From Felis catus (Eukaryota): a DNA stretch of 64,000 nt. Where the stretch lies: assembly GCF_018350175.1 (NCBI RefSeq), contig NC_058373.1, positions 106,704,001-106,768,000 on the forward strand, in the 5' to 3' direction. The position numbers and the translations under genes were made by a program. Positions 59,280 through 64,000 of this stretch are shown piece after piece. Position 1 is the first letter of the stretch. The number at the start of each line of letters is the position of its first letter. The notes under the pieces were generated by a model. That model made no database searches. It saw only the letters and a program-made list of their open reading frames with translations, and was not told the DNA's origin.

Positions 59280-60195
59280 ATAGAAGGCACACACAGATCA
59301 ATGGAACAAAATAGAAAATTCAGAAGTAAATCCACAATTACATGGTCAATTAATCTTTGACAAAACAAGAAAGAATATCCAATGGGAAAAAAACAGTTTC
59401 TTCAACAAATGGTGTTGGGAAAACTGGACAGCAACATGCAAAAGAATGAAACTGGACCACTTTCTTACACCATACACAAAAATAAATTCAAAATGGATTA
59501 AAGACCGAAATGGGAGACATGAAACAATCAAAATCCTAGAAGGGGATACAGGCAGTAACTTCTCTGACATCAGCTGCAGCAACTGTTTTCTAGATAGGTC
59601 CCCTGAGGCAAGGGAAAGGAAACAACGTCAAAAATAAACTATTGGAACTACATCAAAATAAAAAGCTTCCATACACCCAAAGAAATAATCAACAAAACTA
59701 AAAGGCAACTAAAAGAATGAGAGAAGATATTTGCAAATGACATATCCAGTAAAGGGCTAGTATCCAAAATATATAAAGAACTTACAAAAACTCAACCCCC
59801 ACAAAACAAATAAATCAATTAAAAAAGGGGCAGAATTTGCAATGATGTGGGTAGAGCTACAGAGTATTATGCTAAGGAAAATACATCAGTTAGAGAAAGA
59901 CAAATACCACATGATTTCACTCATATGTGAAATTTAAGAAACAAAACAAACAAGTATAGGGAAAAAAGAGAGAGAGAGGCAAACAAAGAAATAGACTCTT
60001 TTATAGAGAATAAATTGATGGTTACCAGAGGGGAGGGAGTGGAGGGATGGGTTGAATAGGGGATGGGGATTAAGGAGTGCACTTGTGATGAGCACCAGAT
60101 GAGGTATGTGTTAATCACCATATTGTACACCTGAAACTACTATAACACTGTATGTTAACTAACTAGAAGTAAAATAAAAACTTAAAAAAAAAAAG
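59280..60195 (+). mobile_element. L1 fragment (ORF2 plus 3' UTR) with internal deletion
   Basis: [20 protein letters not shown] resembles L1 ORF2; ends gttaactaactagaagtaaaataaaaacttaaaaa. Confidence 0.88.
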
Positions 60196-60422
60196 AAGAA
60201 GAAAAGTAGAAAGCCATCAGAAAAGAAAAGGAAGGGGCAAGAGCGGCTACTGAAGAGATGCCCAAAGAAAGAGGATTTGGATCTAAGCATTTGGAGTATC
60301 TGGAACCAGAGCAGATATGCCCAGGAAAATCCCACTCTTAACTTCTAAAAATCTCAAAATTGTATTTGAATGTGAATTCTGGTTGATTTCCAGGAAGCTG
60401 CTGTGGTTTTAGATTTACTCAC

Positions 60423-60575
60423 CAAGGCACCTTCTCTTCACCCTTTCCAGCTCCTGCACTCTTCTGGCTGACAGCACAAGGGAGACTCCTAGTTTAGACA
60501 GCTGGTAAACCAGCTCTTCACCGATCCCACTCGATGCTCCAGTCACCCATACTACCATATCGGTCAGCTCCCATT
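60423..60575 (-). CDS. DHRS7: DHRS7 exon 2 (Rossmann-fold TGxxxGxG motif)
   Basis: Reverse complement: cactag|AA TGG GAG CTG ACC GAT ATG GTA GTA TGG GTG ACT GGA GCA TCG AGT GGG ATC GGT ... TGC CTT G|gtgagt, giving WELTDMVVWVTGASSGIGEELVYQLSKLGVSLVLSARRVQELERVKRRCL; 153 nt. Not in the ORF track. Confidence 0.95.
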
Positions 60576-60719
60576 CTAGTGAGAAATAAGTACAGATTGA
60601 GGGCAGAAACTAAGCTCTGGATTACACCCATAAATCAAAGATTACCAAAAAGACAGCCTTAAACAATACCACAAAATATGAAGACATAATGTGCAGAGTT
60701 TAAAAATTCCAATAGCCTA

Positions 60720-63300
60720 GGGGTGCCTGGGTGGCTAAGTCAGTTGAGTCTCTGACTCTTGATTTTGACTCATGTCATGATCCCAGGGTTGTGGGATCCA
60801 GCCCCACATAGGGCTCCACACTCAGCATAGAGCCTGCTTGGGATCTTCTCTCTCTCTCTCTCACTCTCTCCCTCTCTTTCCCCCACCATCTGCCCCTCTC
60901 CCCTGCTTGTACACTCTCTCTAAAAAAAACTTTTTTTTCACTAGCCTATATTTATGGGCTTGATTCTGGTGATGTTCTCACAGGTATATACCTACCTTAA
61001 ATTCACTGAGTTGTATATTTTAAATACGTAGTTTTTATGCTACTCATACCTCAATAAAGTGATATAAATTTTTTTAATTAAATATCCTCAGAAAGCACCT
61101 CCTACCTAATTTTTTTTTAAAAAGCATGAATACAAATATATTAGTAACAGTTATCAACACATTGTATTATATATTCCCGACTCTTGGGTGAGTTTTCCTG
61201 ACTTTACTCTAGGACAAGCCTTATAACTTGATGATCTGACTCCCAGGCTCTATTTATTTATGTATTCAATTGAGAAAAATTAGTCTAAGTGAATAAAAAG
61301 TCTATCTGAATTGCTTTCTCACTTCCTTATCCAAGAAATGAGGGATTCAGATAAAGATGATCACTAAAGGTCCCATCCAGTTCTGAATTCTATTATTCTA
61401 ATTTCTTGCAATGGAGGTATTGATGATGAATCTGAATATACCAAGCTCTACTCTAAGGTATGGTGGTATCATTCTGGATTTTTGTTTTCCTCATTTGTCA
61501 ATCATATCTGATGCCTATCAATTAAAAGTCACTTTATAAAGGTGCTTGCTCCTCAAATGCCTGAGCTTTCTTCTTGGAGAAGTTCACCCAAGTTCACCCA
61601 GTTCACCCAAGATTAAATGCACACGATAGAGAAATGAAATGCTGTACTCTGCTTGCCCAATCATGTTCTTGTGAAAAACTATAAAAATGTTACAGCTCTA
61701 AAGCAAAGAGGAGTGGTATATTCTCCTTTCCTCCAATGAAAAGCTTATTTGCTCTGCAGGACATGAGAGCCACTGTCTATCTGAATTGCAGGGGAGGAGC
61801 AAGATGTACCTGGGCTTTTTTTTTTTTTTAAGTTTATTTATTTTGAGGGAGACAGAGAGAGAGAGAGCACACGCATGCACGTGCGCACCAGCAGGGGAGG
61901 GGAAAAGAGAGAGGGAGAGAGACAGAATCCCAAGCAGGCTCAGCGCTGTCAGCACAGAGCCCAAAGTGGGGCACCAACCCACGAGCTGTGAGATCATGAC
62001 CTGAGCTGAAGTCAAGAGCCTGATGCTCAACGACTGAGTCACCCAGGTGCCCCACACACCTCTGATTTTAGATCATAAACATTAAAATCAGGAAATCAGT
62101 TTACTGTTTTAGTCAAACAAGTCTAAAACCTAACTGTCGGGTTAACAGTACCAGCTCTGATTTTAGATCATAAACATTAAAATCAGGAAATCAGTTTACT
62201 GTTTTAGTCAAACAAGTCTAAAACCTAACTGTCGTGTTAACAGTACAAGCTCTGGACTGCCAGGGTTCAAATCCCAGCTCCATCACACACAGCAATGAAA
62301 TGCCCCCATGTGAGAACTTGGTGCCTTAATGTTCACAACTGGAAAACTGGATTAATAACAAAACCTCCCTCAAAGCATTGTTGAGAAAAGTAAGTTAGTA
62401 AGTAAAGTATCCCGAGCAGTATCTGACATATACTCAGTGCTTAATAAAATGTCAACTCATTATTGCTAAAAGTGTTTAACAAATAGACTTTTCAGCAGCA
62501 AAACATAGAATATTCTCCCAATAATGTATGTTCTAATTTCTCTAGCAAGGGGCCATGGGGTTACTAACCATAAAGACTTTATATGTTTTTATTATTCCCT
62601 ATGTGCTTAAACACATTACCTTATTAAAACCCTTACAAGAAATTCATGAAATAAGAATTATCTCAATTTTATAAAAAAGGAAGCTGAGGATTACAGACAT
62701 TAATTTACCTCACTAGACTGTAAATTCCCTTAAAACTGGGACCCTATCTGCCTTGTTCACTATTCAGTGCCTAGCACAGAGACTGGAATATAGAAAGAAC
62801 TCCATCAATAACTATTCAGTAAACACCCAACAACCCTAGGAGAGCTGGGACATAAACCCAGGTACAGGGCCACCAGGGTGGTTCAGTCAGTTAAGCATCC
62901 AACTCTTGATACCAGCTCAGGTCATGATCTCACTGTTCATGAGTTCAAGCACCTCATCAGGCTCTCTGCTGACAGAGTGGAACCTGCATGGCATTCTCTA
63001 TCTCCCTCTCTCCCTCCCTCAGTGGTGGTCTCTCTTGCATGCATGCTCTCTCTTTCTCTCTCTCAAAATAAATAAATAAGCTTTAAAAAAAATCCCAGGT
63101 ACATTTAGCTCCAAAGTCCACACCCTGACCACTAGCCTATGGTGCTCACATTTTAAAATGATCAATATTTTATTTTATTTTATTTTTTAGTTTATTTATT
63201 TATTTTGAGAGAGAGGGAGAGAGAATGCCAAGCAGGCTCTGTGCCGTCAGCACAGAGCCAGACATGGGGCTCGATTTTACAAACTGTGAGAATATGATCA
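60720..63300. mobile_element. Four CanSINEs in DHRS7 intron 1 (60720-60930 +, 61815-62053 -, 62867-63092 +, truncated 63170-63300 -)
   Basis: SINE bodies; TSDs CCCAGGTACA (62867 element) and ATGATCAATATTT (truncated element). Confidence 0.85.
62060..62249. repeat. 95-bp direct tandem duplication (two copies, 2 mismatches)
   Basis: 62060-62154 vs 62155-62249, read directly from the sequence. Confidence 0.95.
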
Positions 63301-64000
63301 ATATTTTAAAACCCAACTGTTTCTTAGCCATTCAAGAAACTATAGCTTGTCTTCAGTTAAAAGGTTTCATGTAAATATCTGAACTAAGGTTGCAACCATC
63401 CTGAATACTATGTCTAGGCTGTAATTCTTTCCCATCACATGATGTACTTTTACAGAAATGCACAAGCGAGAACTTCATCAGGAATGGTAGAGTGTATATT
63501 CAGATAATAATCATTTACTCATTCACTGACTACTCACTGTTCCAAAGTTCTGCAATACTCAGTCTACAGGGTGACTCTAGTTGTTTGTAACTATTTACTA
63601 ACTTGCATAGAATAAAAATTTCTCCATTTTCACACCAATAAGCAAATATTACTTAAAACCAACAATGAAAACCCCTTAGCTCAGGTGTACCTTAGTACAC
63701 CTGCACTTCTGGCCCCTTTCTTCCCACCGTGGAGAGGAAAACTTTTGTATTTAGCACCAACTCTTGTTTACCAATTCCACAGAATATAGCATAAATCATG
63801 GTCTCCCCTACAGAGTCTCTGAAAGCAGATCCTCAGAGCTGGAAGGAAACTTAGCAGTTCAACCCCCAACCCAGTTTGAGAATTCTCTCAAGGCGCGGAC
63901 TAATGTCTACTTAATTCCCTCACAGAATGAGGAAGTTAGTTATCTCCAAAGCACCCCCTCCTTTTTAGACTAGTCTAATCATTCAAGGGGGGCGAGAATT

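Noticed and set aside
62060..62249. Direct repeats or dispersed SINE copies as a CRISPR-like array
   Set aside because: Only two adjacent units, no spacers, no cas genes, and a mammalian context.
63300..64000. DHRS7 exon 1 or promoter
   Set aside because: No hydrophobic N-terminal coding exon or CpG island is visible; it presumably lies beyond the window end.

Overview
Mammalian genomic DNA from a carnivore, almost certainly a felid: it is packed with tRNA-derived CanSINEs of the cat type. The window holds two convergent protein-coding genes. PCNX4 (pecanex-like 4) lies on the + strand, with a CpG-island promoter at ~4.35-5.1 kb and 10 coding exons from 18072 to 42377. These splice GT-AG with consistent phases into a 3549-nt CDS (1182 aa); a poly(A) signal follows at 42983. 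DHRS7 (short-chain dehydrogenase/reductase) lies on the - strand, with coding exons 2-7 from 60575 down to 48959; exon 1 was not found and presumably lies beyond the window. The rest is mostly interspersed repeats: about 35 SINEs (many with visible TSDs), L1 and L2 fragments, MIRs, a two-LTR MLT1A-type MaLR, a MER21-like LTR, MER58A and MER5A. I found no convincing new multi-gene system. The findings are candidate regulatory or splicing features (start-stop uORF, microexon, poison exon, inverted SINE pairs) and retrotransposition or duplication scars. Gene and repeat-family names come from recall, not database searches, and repeat boundaries are approximate.
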